64,000 nt of DNA from Lama guanicoe (taxonomy: Eukaryota). The position numbers and the translations under genes were made by a program. The notes below the pieces were generated by a model. That model worked only from the letters and a program-made list of their open reading frames with translations. It did no database searches and was not told where the DNA came from. Numbering within the stretch: the first letter of the stretch is position 1; every line of letters starts with the position of its first letter. The stretch is from the NCBI GenBank assembly GCA_013239625.1, contig MU053561.1, positions 2,093,818-2,157,817 on the forward strand. The letters are read 5' to 3'. Positions 37,301 through 50,900 of this stretch are shown here, piece after piece.

Positions 37301-38389
37301 GCAGCACCCCACAGCGGGGATTCCCATGGGGCTCCATCCCTGTTTCCAACCTCTCCCCTCCCCACAAGCCCACACCTGGCACAGTCCGGCCTGCTCTGCC
37401 CACGCTCCTCCTTCAGCCCGGCTTGTCCCCTCACCATCTTCCCCGCAGGCAGATTCCAGGTTTGCCTTTGTCACCCCTGGCCCACACGCAGCATCTCACT
37501 TCACGCCCTTTCACGGCTGTTTTCTTCCACATCTGACTTTCCCTGCCTGGGCTGTATGTCTATGTTCCTGACTCCAAAAATTAAAGCCCTTGTTCAGAGT
37601 GCACCTGCCTCCATCTAACACCTGTCAACTATTTAGCATGTGTCACGTAGCGCTAGGCCCTGGGATGCGATGGCGGACAAGCAGCAGGGCCACAGCCCTC
37701 ATAGAGCTTGCAGTGCAGCGGGGACACATGGAAGAGACAGGATGAGACCCTTACTGAGCCATCTGTTCACCTACCCCTCCAGGCACCCATCAGGCCCTTC
37801 CTGGCTTCATCACCTCTGAGCTCGTGCTGTGCCCAACACCACGTCAGGCCAGCACAGTGCTCTCTGCCGACGCCAGGCCCAGCGCTCAGCGTGCATCAGC
37901 AATCCGTGAGCCCCACACACGGGCACACGTGTGCCCAACTCACCACCCTCCTCACAGTCCTGCTGGAAGGTGGGGGAGAAGGCAGTGGATGTAGCTGGGC
38001 AGGACCCTGGAGGCTCTTGGTGGCCACATCGTACTTCGTACAGGTCGCTCTTGGGAGCACAGAAAAGAGGTACAAGGGAATGCCTCCCTTCATTGAATGC
38101 AAAGGAAAATGGATGCAAACCATTTCCATACCTTGACTCCTCCGATGGACACCAGCACCACATTAGGTTGCCTCGAGCATTGCTGAATCTTCCTTTCAGT
38201 GCTGTTCTCACAGCTGCTGACCAGATGCTGGTCCCAGCTGTGGGGTCTCAGGCCTCTGCACCCTCCTGCCAATTCAAGACTGGCTGACCAAGAGTTCCTG
38301 CTGCCCATCGGCCAGACGGTATAGCAGCGGGACAGTGTGCTGGGGGAGGGTGTGGCCTGTAGAGTCAGCCTGTCTGTGTGTGGTGTCGG

Positions 38390-38610
38390 GCACAGCATGT
38401 GTTCAGAGAGGGGACAGATCAAGTCCCTAATCCATTACCTACTTGCTGTGTGCCTTTAGACAAGTTACTCAACCTTTCTGTGACTTCATTTCCCAATCCC
38501 ACTGTTAAAATGAGATACTAATAAAGTCTATCTCGTAGGATTATTATCAGGATTAAATGAATTAACACATATAATTTATTGAGTAACTACTCAATAGATG
38601 TTAGGAATTA
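38390..38610 (+). mobile_element. MIR SINE
   Basis: tgctgtgtgcctttagacaagttactcaacctttctgtg...ggattaaatgaattaa...ctcaatagatgttag. Confidence 0.85.
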
Positions 38611-39049
38611 TATGATTGATTGGTTGGATGATGACAGACTCAAAGTCCCGTATTTCTCATGGGGACGGGCATTTCCAAGCAGCAGATGACACCTGACATC
38701 TCAGCACCAAGCTTCTGATACAAGGCTGCCAGCAGGACAGGTAACGCCCTCTTGATTTACTGCCTACCTTGCCAATTCGGGTTCCGTGGGAAGGTGCCCT
38801 GGGGCTTTCCACTGACCCATCGAATAGATTCATGGAATTGACTATTTCCAGTTACTAGTTAACATAAGTTTTAACCAGTGTGAGGTAAGGTCAGTTTTCA
38901 GGGGATCGTCCAGGTGGATGAGAGAGAGAACAGACGCCTAAGCTGGTTACTAATCTACCTCCAACTGGCACTGCCAGCGCTGCTCGTGGGACCGTGGGTG
39001 TCTCCGCCTGGCTTTTCTGGAAGGCTGCTCGGCAACACATGAAGAACAG

Positions 39050-39270
39050 TAAATGAGTTCATACCCTTTCACCCGGTAACTCCTCTTCCAGGAATCCTCC
39101 TCAAGGAAATGAGCAGAGAGGTGCACAAAAATTTGTGTACGTTTGTCCATCATGGCATGGTTTGCATTTTAAAATAAAATAGGAACAAATGTCAAATACC
39201 AAGGAAATAGTCAAAGGAGGTACATGCCCCGGACAGAATATTATACAGCCTTTAACAATGTCTTCAAGGG
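39050..39270 (+). mobile_element. Old L1ME fragment
   Basis: cataccctttcacccggtaactcctcttccaggaatc...aaggaaat; a related fragment lies at ~41470-41720. Confidence 0.6.
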
Positions 39271-39999
39271 CTATTTCACAGTGGCACATGGGCCGGTGTG
39301 CCTCTGTTTGCTCCTCTGTGAAAGGAGGTGAACCCACAGGCTCCCCTAAGCTTTAACCGAGGCCCTGAGTCTGGAGGATTGCAGGCCAGCCGGTTAGCAC
39401 ACAGCGGAGGGGCTGTCCCCAGCTCCCATGAGATAAGGGCTAGTCTGCCGTTTCAGCAAGAAGGAACACAAAGCTCGGGGGCCGCAGGTTGAAACAATGT
39501 TGTTTCAGCCTCGCAGGAAGTGAGTGTAGGTGTGACTCTCCTCAACACTCCTCTCCGTCCTCACTGGCTACCAGGACGCCTCCTGTCTGTGAATCCCCTT
39601 TGGGCTCTCAGAACACACTCCCCGACATCACTGCCGCCGATTCTCAGCCACCCGTGCCCCGGGCTGCACCCACACCGCTCCAAGCGCCCAGCTTGAGGGA
39701 AGTGGATTCAAATCCAGATACCGCCACTTAGTGGTTGTGTGAACCAAAGCAAGTCACCCTTGCAGGGCCTCAGATTTCCTTTCCGTGGCTTTCGTCTCTT
39801 CCTGGAGATGCTGCGAGGAGCAGATGTGGATGTGGCATTTCATCTGCATAGTACAGAGTCATGGTCTGGGCCGTGTTTTTCAGGGGAGGAAACTAAGGCT
39901 TGAAAAGGCTTTAAGAAATCTTGCTCCAGGTCCTGGAGTTGGGCAGGCAGACACAAAGTTGGGAAGCACCCAGCTCTTCCAAAGTCCTAACCTTTCTTT

Positions 40000-40550
40000 T
40001 CTTTTTCATAACAGCTTTATGAAACATAATCCCCATGCCATGAAACCTCCTCCTTTAAACTGTACAGTTCAGTGGGTTTTAGCATATTCACATAGTTGTA
40101 CCCCCGTCAATACAATCTAATTTCAGAACATTCTTATCACCTGAGAAAGAAACCCTGTCTCCATCAGCGGTCACTCCCCATTTCTCCCCAACTCCCTTTG
40201 CTCAAGGCAACCACTAATCTACTTTCTGTCTCCATAGATTTGTCTAATCTGGGCATTTCACATGACTGGAATTACACGACACGGGCTTTTGTGACGGGCT
40301 TCTTTCCTTTGGCATAATGTTTTCAAGGTTTGTTTATGTTGAGCGTCAGCACTTTATTCCTTTTTATGACTGAATAATATTCCATTGTGTGGGTATTTTG
40401 GTTATTCATTTATCAGTTCCTGGACATCGTATTGTATTCACCTCTTAACTATTATGAACAATGCCACTACGAACATTTGTGTACAAGTTCTGTGTGGACA
40501 TGTTTCCAGTTTTCTTGGGCGCATACCCAGGAGAGAAACTGCTGGGTCAC
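40000..40550 (-). mobile_element. L1MB-like 3' end, antisense
   Basis: acagctttat...tgtacagttcagtgggttttagcatattcaca...ggcaaccactaatctactttctgtctc...gactgaataatattccattg. Confidence 0.9.
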
Positions 40551-43500
40551 CTTGCTTTACTGTACTGTTTTCTCAGAACCTTTGACATAATATGCATTTT
40601 CCAAACTTACTTGGCCAGGAAACCTTGTTTCCACAAAGCATCTTGGAAGACTTTGGGAAAGCCTCATCTAGCCCAACCCCCCTCACTTTGGGGAAACAGA
40701 AGCCCAGAGGGGTTGAGCACCCTGCCAAGATCACACAGGAAGTAAGTGGCCAAGCCATCGCAGAAAAAGCAGCAGCACGTGACTGTCTGAATGAGAAAGG
40801 CAAACCAAAAGAAACATGAAGAACCTCTTAAATGGGAAAGCTACTGAGGAAACCATAAAGGAAAAGAAAGATGAACACGGCTGCATACATAAACATTTAA
40901 ACTTCTGAACCTCTAACTGCCAGTAAACAAAGTCAGCAAGTAGATGATGATATTAAAACAGACCACCCTATCCCAACCCTGGCTACACAGGAGGACGGTC
41001 TCAAGGGTGCTAAGAATTCTCATGCCCAGGCCTCCCCCTCCAGAGATGGATTTCAGTTTTATAAGTTTGCAGGTGATGTGCATTTAAAATTAAAAGGTAG
41101 AGGACCGATTGTTAATGTAATTGTCAGATAAAGACTTACTGAAAGAGCAGTCAGGAAAAGTCCTATACTTCAGTAGAAGATCGGGCGAAACACGCACATC
41201 ATTTGTCAGAGAAGACAGATAAGAAATATGAAAGAAAGTCAGCTTGACCACAAGCCAAAGAAGTGGAAACAATACATTCCTTAAGCACCTACCATGTTCC
41301 AAATAGCTTACGTTACAGTGTTTAAACCTCACAACAATTTCATCCTACAGATGGAGAAATGGCCTGGGTCACACAGTCTGAACAGGGCCACGTGCCCCTA
41401 GGGTCTGCACCTAGAACCTGAACTTAAACCAGCACAGCATCCTTCATCTCCACAGTGGGGCACTTTTTTACCCACCAAAGTGGAAACATTATGGAAAAGC
41501 TAACTCCCCACGTTGAAGAGGACACGGGGAGAAAAGCGCTCTCACCCACTGCTGGTGGAATTTTCGATCAGCACCATCTCTCCGGATAACCATCTGGCGA
41601 TGTGTAGTGCAGGTCTTAAAAGTGCTGACACCCTTTGACCAGGACTTCCACTCCCAGCAATCTTTTCTGAGGAATACGTACAAGTGAGGACACGAGACGT
41701 TCCCGGCAAAGCAGACTCCTGACCCCATGTCACAAAATGAGAAAATGGGGGCTCAGGAAGATCAGAATTTGCCAAGGTACCCTGGCTCACTGAAGACATG
41801 GGGTTGCCATGCAGAGTCAGAGGCACTGAGCCAAGCTTAGTGGTGGGCTGGCATCTCTCTTCCTATGGTCCAGGGGCCGTGTATGGTGCCTGCTGTAATA
41901 GCCCTGCCCCTCCCAGCAGCAATGGACAGCCCTGGCTGAATCCGGACAGGGCTGGTTGCAGCCATGGCAGGGGCTGGGGTGAAGGGAGGGCCCATAAACA
42001 GAGTTCAACACATTTCTCCCTGTATATTATATGTATGTATGTGTGATGATTATTCTTACTTGCTCAAGGATGCGAGAGGAGAAGTCATCAACCCATCACC
42101 GAGCACTCTGCAGGCACCATCCCCCAGCAGTTCTGAGTCCACCTCCCGCTCCAAAGTCCTGGTGTTCAGGGTCCGTGGTTTGCTCCTATTTTAATCCCCA
42201 GCCCCTGGCCCGGATGCCATCTGGATCATCTGAGATCAGGGACAGAAAATGTTAAATACTTAATCATTATTAGTTACCCTTCCTTGGTGACCCTTGCCCA
42301 TCGGGTCTGTTCTGCGGCCGGGCAGTGGCATCAAGGGCTGTTCGAGGAACAGGTCCTCATTGAAGAGGCCGGCAGGTTAGAGAGACAAGCCCTAACCCCG
42401 GGGGTATGTGACCTGGTTTCCAAATTATGTGACCTTTGGAAGTCACTTAGCCTTCTTGAGTCTCAGGCTCCTTATCTATAAAATGGCTGCAATGATAGAT
42501 TAGGTAGCCAAGAGGCATTCTTAGTAAGGCGACCTGGCTTCATACAGATTCTGGCATTTCAGGGCCTGTCACGGGCCAGAGGGCAGATACGCAGTACATG
42601 CAGGTCTTCTCCATCTCCTTGGATCACATACTGCTTCCCCATCAGACCCACGTCCAAAAGTCAAGGCATTGCGCGGCTCCGAGCCAGGACTGGGAACCCG
42701 GTCCCCCACCTGGTCTAGGAGCGCTCCACGCAGCTCGACTGGGTCTCCTGAGGACAGCTGTGGTCCCTGCCCCACCCCGGCCTGTCTGAGTCTCACAGTG
42801 AGCACCTCCCGGGGTTAACCAGGCAGATAACAGGTCTCCCCAGCCCCTCCCCACCACTTTCCATTCTGTCACCAAGGTGATGCGGAGCTTTGGTCTATGA
42901 GAGGAGAAAGCAGGTGCCTGAGCTCTCCCAGGTCCATTAGTTGCTAAGTTGGAAATTACCCTGCAGCCTGGAGCCTGCGAGGCAGGCAGACACCGTGCAC
43001 CCCAGGGAGGGCAGCTCCCTCGGAGCGGTCTTGGAGGCCTCCACGTTTGCTAGCCTTGTCGCAGCCCCACATGTGCTGGCTGCCCCAGCTCACTCAGAAG
43101 TGTCCAGCCAGCCCTGCAGGGGAGGTCTGGCAGGGAAGTCCGGCCCCACAGCTCCTACAGGAGCTTCCAGAGACAGGGAATATGGTCATCTGTAAGGCAG
43201 GCCCACCCGCCAAACTTCGCCCCCACCTGCCAGCCACAGGATCTAGAATTCATCTTTTAATGTGTACAATTTTCCAGGCACTGAGCTAGACCTTTGAGAG
43301 ACCAATTGCAGTGCCTGCTTCCTGGAACTCACAATCTAGCTGGGGCACTAACATGCAACACAAAAAAAGCCATGACAGGGGATGTGTGGTTACTTTGGGA
43401 ACACGTGTGGGGTTGAAGCAGGAGGCCTTCCTAGAGGAGTGGGCTGCAGAAGGGCTGCGCCCCGGCTCATCCAGAGAATGTCTTGATTGATTGATGATGT

Positions 43501-43624
43501 CTGTTACTGAGCGGGAATAATGACAGGACTTGTACCAAATACTCACTGACCCTGTGTTAGGCCTTAGCGTGAACGAGCTCATCAGATTCTTTCTAAGGAG
43601 CTGACAAGCAGAACTCAGGTTATT

Positions 43625-43810
43625 TTGATTACAGCAAACATTTATGGATTATTTCTTATATGTCAGGCATAACCCTTGGGGATTTCACAACCCTCTGAGG
43701 TAAGAACTATTTTTAATCTCTGTTTTCTAGATGAGGAAATTGAAACCAGGAGAGCTTAAATAACTTGCCCAAAATCACAGCCATCAAATGTCAGTGCTGG
43801 AAGGAACCTC
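43625..43810 (-). mobile_element. MIR SINE
   Basis: cacaaccctctgaggtaag...agatgaggaaattgaa...taaataacttgcccaaaatcacagc. Confidence 0.8.
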
Positions 43811-46444
43811 AGTGAACGCTGATTTGAAAACTGTTACAGGCGAGGAAAAGGAAGCCTTGAGAAGAGTTGTTTTGCCCAAGGTCATCCAGAGCTGGGAGGA
43901 TGAGAAATGGTCCCCAGACCCAGCCAGCTGGGAGTTGGCTGTTGGCAGCCAGGGCCTGTCAAAGAGAGCCAGGCATCGTTTAAGAGTGGGACAGCGAATC
44001 GAAGACCACTAAGTGCCCTCAGTATCCATGCCCCCTTTTCCGTTGGAATAAACCTTGCTGAGTTTCAGCTGGGCACGTGGCTGTCGCACTAGAAACTACA
44101 TTTCCCAGGTGACTCTGTGGTCCACGTGACTAAGAGATGTCAACAAAAACAAGCCTGCGTCACCTCCCTGAAGACCAGCTGCACGCCCTCTGTCTCCTCC
44201 CTGCTGTCTGGCGGGACAGTTGCCCTGGACACAATGCGTGTTGAGGGTAGCGGGGCCACTAGTCCCTGGATGGCCTCAGGGCACAGACCTGCGTACTAAG
44301 AAAAAAGAGGACCCTTTAGGGTCTCAGGCAGGTGATGAAATAGCCATCTCAGAAGGGGTCTGTGCCACTTCAGCCCTGAACCAGCTCCATGCATCCACCC
44401 ACCGCAAGGGGGCGGGAAATCTAACCCCACCACACGCCTAGAAAGTGGACGGCTCCGGTGAGCAGCAGTAGTGAACACCGCAGCCTGCTCTGCCGTTCTG
44501 CCTGGGCTGGTCCTGAGCGGGCTGCCCTCCGTCAGTCCAGAGCCAGCGTCTAGAGCCACAGCTCGCAGAGGCTGGCCCACAGGCCAGCATGGGGGCGGAA
44601 AGGCCTCCTGGGTCCCCTGGGCCACATGCCCTGCCGTGCCCAGAAGCTCCAGACGAGCGGGGGAAAAGCAGTGTGTCCCCCACCTTTGCGTTCCAGCACC
44701 CAACCAGGGCCTGGCCCAGAACAGCAGCTCAACCCCAGGGGATGGACGTGTGGATGAGGGGAATGCTGAGCGCAAGCAGAGGAACAAAGGGCGTAAGCCT
44801 CCCTCGTGGGCGGCCTGCCCGGGGCTTGTGTGCTTCCTTCCAGATGCAGCTGAATCTGCTCCTCGGGTTTCTCAGTTGGTCTGATCTCACTGAGCAGTTC
44901 CACAGGCGCTGACGGAGCATCCGCCCAAGGCCAGACCCTCTCCTGGACCCTTTGGGGCGACAAGAATAGATCAAGCACAGCTCCCCGAGGCTGGGGCTTC
45001 TTGGCCTGGAAGAACTGAGAGACAATACCAAGGAATGAGTCACCCAAGGTGAGACAGCCTCAGTGCGACAAGACAGGAGGTGAACCTGTGCTTCAGGAGC
45101 AGTGAGGTCTGTCACCTGGAGGTGGAGGGCGGGGGAGGGGATTTGGAAGATGCCCTGAAAAAGTGACAGGTGAGCGAGGCCCTGAATGATGAGTGGGTCC
45201 TGAAGTGTTTGGGATGGAGCGATGCCAGGTAGAGGGACCTGCCTGAGTGAAGCAGGAAGGCAGGAACGTGAATGCCAGGCCCTGAGTCGGTTGGGCAGAG
45301 CCAAGAGGGCAGGGACGGTTGTCTGCCAGGGGGGTACCTCTCACTTCCAGCTCAGTGAGAGCCAGCCCTCCTGCTGCCCTGAACGGAAGGCCTGGGCAGA
45401 CCTCGCTGTTCTCCTGCTGTTTACCTTGGAGACTCATTTACCTCTTTGGGCCTCAGGTTCCTCCTCGTGTATGGGGGGCCCTGAGCTGCGGTAAGTAGCC
45501 CACGAGCCTCAGCAGGAGGAAGCTGTGTGTGGGAGCGGGTCTGCTGTCCAGGGGCTCCGGTGCCAGGTTCTGCTCTGCCCCGAGGGCCTCTGGCACCTGC
45601 CAGCCGGCAGGCTGGTTCCCCGAGGCCCCACCCCTAGGGCCTGGGGCTGCACGTTCTCTCTAAAGGTGAAGGGATGACATCAGCCAGGTCCCTGTGGACA
45701 TTTCCCACTGGCTCTTCCTCCTCTTCCCAGGTGCGGATGACAGAAATGCACCCTGGCAGCTGTGGGGAGAAAGGGCCTTTGACGAAGGGGGGCTGGGAGG
45801 GGTTCGGCTTTATTTGTTGACTATAAAAATGTCAGCTCCTTTGGGCAGCTTCTTGAATCAATATTTGCTGTTCTGTGGCTGAGTTCAAATGCTCAGTAAT
45901 CCTCTCGGCCTGGCTTCTTCCTCCCTCACCTGGGTGAGGCCTCACACCCACAAACATTTGGCAGGGCCCCTCACTGCCCGGGATGGGGAGCCTGCTCCCT
46001 GCCCTACACCCCATCCCTCAGAGGGGTGGCCGCGAGAGCTCCGTGGCCCAAAGGTAGCTCACTAGAAAGAAAGGTTCCAGGAGAAAGCATTTCTTGGAGT
46101 TTCATTCTGTTCCTCTGAGAAATGGGCAGAATGATAACTCCTACTTCCCAGGGTGTTGTGAGGTCAGATAAAAGGAGGGACGTGCAAGGGTTTTATCAGT
46201 TGTCAAGCAGTGCAGCATAAGAGCCATGATGACAGTGGTGACGATGGTGATGATGGTGGAAGCCATCTGCTGAAGCTTTCCAGGTGTTGCCTCAGGGCTG
46301 CGTGATCCTCCACTCCAGTCTTGTGGCAGTGATCTGAGAGCAAACAGATTCTGCAACACTTTTCCTCAGGAACTTCCACACCAACTGGTAGTTCTCCACC
46401 TCCAGCAGCCAGCCACCTTAGGTCTCTTTCTTTTAAGAGGCCAG

Positions 46445-46680
46445 TGGCATGTTAGTGGAGAAACATGGAGCTCTGAAGGTAGATGGATCCTGACTCCCCA
46501 CTTAGTGCTTGTGTGCCTTTTGGCCAATTACTTAACCTCTCTGAAACTCAGGTCCTCATCTACAAGATGGAACAACAAGGCTTACCCTGCAGAGTTGTTG
46601 TGGGGCTTAGGGACAGTGCACATGAAACAGCAGGCAAGGGTATCGGATAGTTAGTGGGTGTATCGCAAGTGTTCATCCCT
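46445..46680 (+). mobile_element. MIR SINE
   Basis: tgtgtgccttttggccaattacttaacctctctgaa...cctcatctacaagatgg. Confidence 0.75.
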
Positions 46681-46859
46681 GTGTTCACAGCTGGTGTCTC
46701 CCAGTCTGACACAAGTTTCTCTCGCACACACGGAACCTGCACTGGGAAACACTGTCCCGGGCATCAGCCTGGACAACACCATCCTGAGAAATCTTGAGGC
46801 TTCTTGGCTGGCGGCTAAGAAGCTCTCACTGTAGTGACTGTGTTCAAGTTACTCTGCCC

Positions 46860-49060
46860 CTCTGACGGCTTCCATCTCTGATTTTTGACATTTTCATTCT
46901 GATGTGCCATGATTTGACTGTCTTTGTATCTATGCTACTTGGATTTCACAGAACTTTTAAATCTGTTGTCTGAATTTTGGAAAATTCTTGGCTAATAGCT
47001 CTTAAAATACTTCTGTCCCATTCTTTCTTCTCTCCGAGACTCCATTTGCATTTGTGTTAGACCTTTGCACTATTTCATGCATGTGTCATGCTCTTCTCTA
47101 TATTTTCCATCACCCTTGACGTCGCTCTCTGCTCTTCCGTGTGGACTTTTTTCTATTAACCTATCCCCCTAGTCATGCATTTTCTCCTCTGCTGTGTTTA
47201 ATCTGCAGTTAAAGTCATCTGAGTAATGCTTAGTTTCAATTATTTTATTTTTTCAGCCCTATAGTTTCCATTTGACTCCAATTCTCTGGTGAAATTCTCC
47301 ATCTTGTCATCATTTATTAAAAATATTAATCAATTATTTAAAAAACTGGATAAACTCCAATACCTGGATCATCCGTGAGACTGTATATACCATAAGTTTT
47401 TTTTTTTTTTCGTGGTTTTGAGTGATGTAGTTCTATTCGCTATCTTGCCTGGTATTGACTGGTGACTGTTGTGTATAAAAAGTTGCAGAGAGGAGCTGAG
47501 GCTCTAGATGATATACATTCCTCTGGAGAGGAGTTACTTTTACTTTCTGATAGAGAAGGACAGATTACATTAATCCAGTTTAGGTTTTAGCGCTTCAAGG
47601 CTGGGTTTCAGTCTTTTGTGAGCACCATATATTTCTAGTTTACCCTGATTCCCAGAGTCAGGCTCTTGGGGGTTATAATGGGAGGTCTGGGGTGTTTATT
47701 AGGATGTGTTCTTTGTGACCCTCAGACTCACATCTTTTTCCCTTGCAGCCTTTTAGACTACTGAAAGCTCTGTTCATCTCTCTAGCTTCTCAGCTCTGCT
47801 CCTCCTAAACTGGCAAAGGCCTCCAGGGAAGGGCACTGTGTTCATCTCACTGCATCTTTCCTCTCTCAGGGATCTGGCCACTCAGGTCCCAGGTACCTTA
47901 TATCTAACTCTCTGATGCCTTCAAAAAGATGCTTTTTTATTTGCAAATGATTGGACAGACAAAGGCTTAATTTCTAGAATATATAAACAGCTCATAAAAC
48001 TTAATAACAAAAAAAAAAACCCAAACCAAAAACGGGCAGGAGACCTAAACAAGTATTTCTCCAATGAAGACATACGAATGGCCAATAGACATATGGAAAA
48101 ATGCTCAATATCACTAATTATCAGAGAAATGCAAATCAAAACTACAATGAGGTATCACCTCACACCAGTCAGAATGGCCAGCACTAAAAAGCCCACAAAT
48201 GATAAATGCTGAAAGGGCTGTGGAGAAAAGGGAGCCCTCCTACACTGCTGGTGGGAATGTAGTCTGGTGCAGCCATTATGGAAAACAGTATGGAGATTCC
48301 TTAAAAAACTATAAATAGACTTACCATATGATCCAGCAATCCCACTTCGGGGTATATATCCAGAGGGAACTCTCATGCAAAAAGATACATGCACCCCAAT
48401 GTTCATAGCAGCACTATATACAACAGCCAAGACATGGAAGCAACCTAAATGTCTATTGACAGGTGACTGGATAAAGAAGTTGTGGTATATTTACACAATG
48501 GAATACTACTCTGCCATAAAAAAGAATAAAACAATGCCATTTGCAGCAACATGGCTGGACCTGGAGAATGTCATTCTAAGTGAAGTAAACCAGAAAGAAA
48601 AAGAAAAATACCACATGATATTCATATGTGGAATCTGAAAAAAAAAAGACACTATGAACTTATATACAAAACAGAAACAGACTCATAGACATAGTAAACA
48701 ATCTTATGGTTACTGGGGAAGGGGGGGAGGGTAAAAATTGGGGGGCTTGAGATTTATAAATGTTAGCCACTATATATAAAAATAGATTTTTTAAAGTTTC
48801 TTTTGTGTAGAACAGGGAACTATGTTCAATATCTTTTAATAACCTTTAATGGAAAAAATATGAAAAGGAGTACATGTATGTATATGCATGACTGGGACAT
48901 TGTGCTGCACACCAGAGATTGACACGTTGTAATCGACTGTACCTCAATTTCAAAAAAATTTTAAAAAATAGATGCATTTTTGTATTTTGCCTAGCTCTTA
49001 TACTTTTTTTGGTGGGAGAGTTGATCTGCAACAAACTACCCCACCATTACTGGAAATATA
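46860..49060 (-). mobile_element. Old L1 (L1ME-like) 5'/ORF1 region, antisense, interrupted by a younger L1
   Basis: T-rich antisense L1 motifs (ttttggaaaattcttggct, tctctggtgaaattctccatc); resumes after ~48985. Confidence 0.65.
47939..48962 (+). mobile_element. Younger 5'-truncated L1: ORF2 C-terminal remnant plus 3' UTR
   Basis: Translates to L1 ORF2 C-terminal motifs ([25 protein letters not shown]...[20 protein letters not shown]); A-rich end; degenerate flanking repeats aaaaagatgcttttttat and aaaatagatgcatttttgtat. Confidence 0.95.
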
Positions 49061-50414
49061 AACTTTAATAATGTTATTCAGTGTGCTACCTCTGTAAACG
49101 TACTTCAGTCATTTAGATAAGCAGAACCAAGCAGAAGAGTTTGTTTTTCAGAGATTGTCACCACATTGGTTAATGATAAATGCTTTCCAAGGAGTAAGAC
49201 CAGGGAGTGGGGGTAGGGAAAAGGCAGTCTTAGCAAGAAATGGTGAAACTGAGAGAAGACATAGTCACAGAATAGAAAACCAATCTTTAGATTGACATTG
49301 GAAAATTCATAGTGAATAAATTAAGTGATTTAAGAATTACAAGCAAAAAATTTTGAGCACATCCTTATGTTGTGTCTTAAGAATTATAAACAGTGTATTT
49401 TACAGGCTCAAAAAAAAGATAGTGGGCCATTTTCATCACTCTTCTTCAGTAAAAGAGAAACTAAGTGACTTTGGAATTGATTTGTCATTTACTTATATAT
49501 GAGATGGTCAAACAAGACTGAACTGCAGCTGCTACATATTAGAGATGAGTTGATTTTTGTTAACTACTTAATATTCTATCTTAAGTAATAATACTAAGTT
49601 AGTGGGATTTGCTAACACCCAAAGATTAGTTGCAAAGAAGTAATTCATTTGCTGGACTCTCCTGGAGAGATAACCAAAATAACAGACCTCGAGAGGGCTA
49701 CTGTTTCTTAAATTATATATGTTAAAAAGATCCTCTTTTCATCTTTCTCTAGGAAAGATGCTGAAATTGGCATGCATGCAGTACAATCTTAGACACAGAT
49801 GGAAATTCATAGATTTTGTTATTCTGAAATCCAGTTATGTTACTTCATTTCCGTACGTGTTTATCCCAGGTTTAAAGAATTACAAATTTAAGGGAGAACA
49901 AAACTCTGAAGTCTCCTTATGAAAATATCCCAACCGTACAAAACTTCAGTTTGCAGGACTGCTTCCATCGAATGGCATCTTCACCAGGAACTAAACCTTT
50001 AAGTAGGACTTGAAATCAGCATTGTCTTGGTCACAACAGAGAAAAGAAAAGATTAATATGTTGGGGACATCACAGACAGGGCACCCTGTATGGGCAAGGA
50101 GGCACTAAAAATAGCTGCTCGTCCACCGAACCTCGGCTGAAAATGAGCATCTGTCTGTGTGACAAATATAATGATCACAGGAGCAATCTAGCAATTTGTC
50201 TTGAAGCGCTGACAAATTATTGTTCCTGCATATACTATAATGCCGAACTTTAAAAATCGACCTCTGAAACTTTTAATAATAAATCATATTTAGTAAGGAA
50301 ACTCTAAAAATAAAATTTCTGGTTTAGTCATGTCTCAAAAATTCACTCAATGATGGGTGATTTTTGGCTTCAGCTGAATAACAGTTTTAGCCGGGGCCAT
50401 TCTGCAGCATTTTT

Positions 50415-50900
50415 ATAGGGAGTAAATTTTTAAGATCTTGCTTGTCTGAAAGTGTCTTAATAATTTGGCCAAACGTAAAATTCTAGGTTGGAAATAATTT
50501 TCCCACAGGATATTAAAAGTAATGGTCTATATGTTCTTGCTTCCAAGGCTGCTGCTGAGAAATCCAAATCCATTCTGTTCCTGATCATTTTTACCTTTTA
50601 ACCCCTGACCCTCTTTAGAAGCTCTTCAGGTTTTTTTTCTTTTTTAACAGTGTTCAGAAATGTCACAGTTTCATATATGTAGTCTATTTTCATCATCTGT
50701 GATGAGCACTCAGAGAGTCCTTTCAATGTGTAAATTTCATGTTTTTAGTTTGGGAAAATTCTCTTTATTTCTTTGATGATTTCCTCTTATTCTAATTTCT
50801 CTCTGAGGAACTGCTACTATTTGGATGTTGGATTTTTCTCAGGAACTACCTTCTGCTGCTTGATTCGAGTCTGTTAAAATCTAAATGCAAGGTTTTTATA
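50415..50900 (-). mobile_element. Old L1M fragment, antisense
   Basis: ttgcttgtctgaaagtgtct...aaaattctaggttggaaataattttccc...ttgggaaaattctct. Confidence 0.65.

Noticed and set aside
48375..48638. 87-aa ORF with real protein similarity
   Set aside because: C-terminus of L1 ORF2 in a truncated copy with an upstream in-frame stop (aaatgctga near 48205); not a host gene
49940..50025. Minus-strand coding exon
   Set aside because: Stops in all three frames and a weak donor (TTT|gtacgg); at most non-coding
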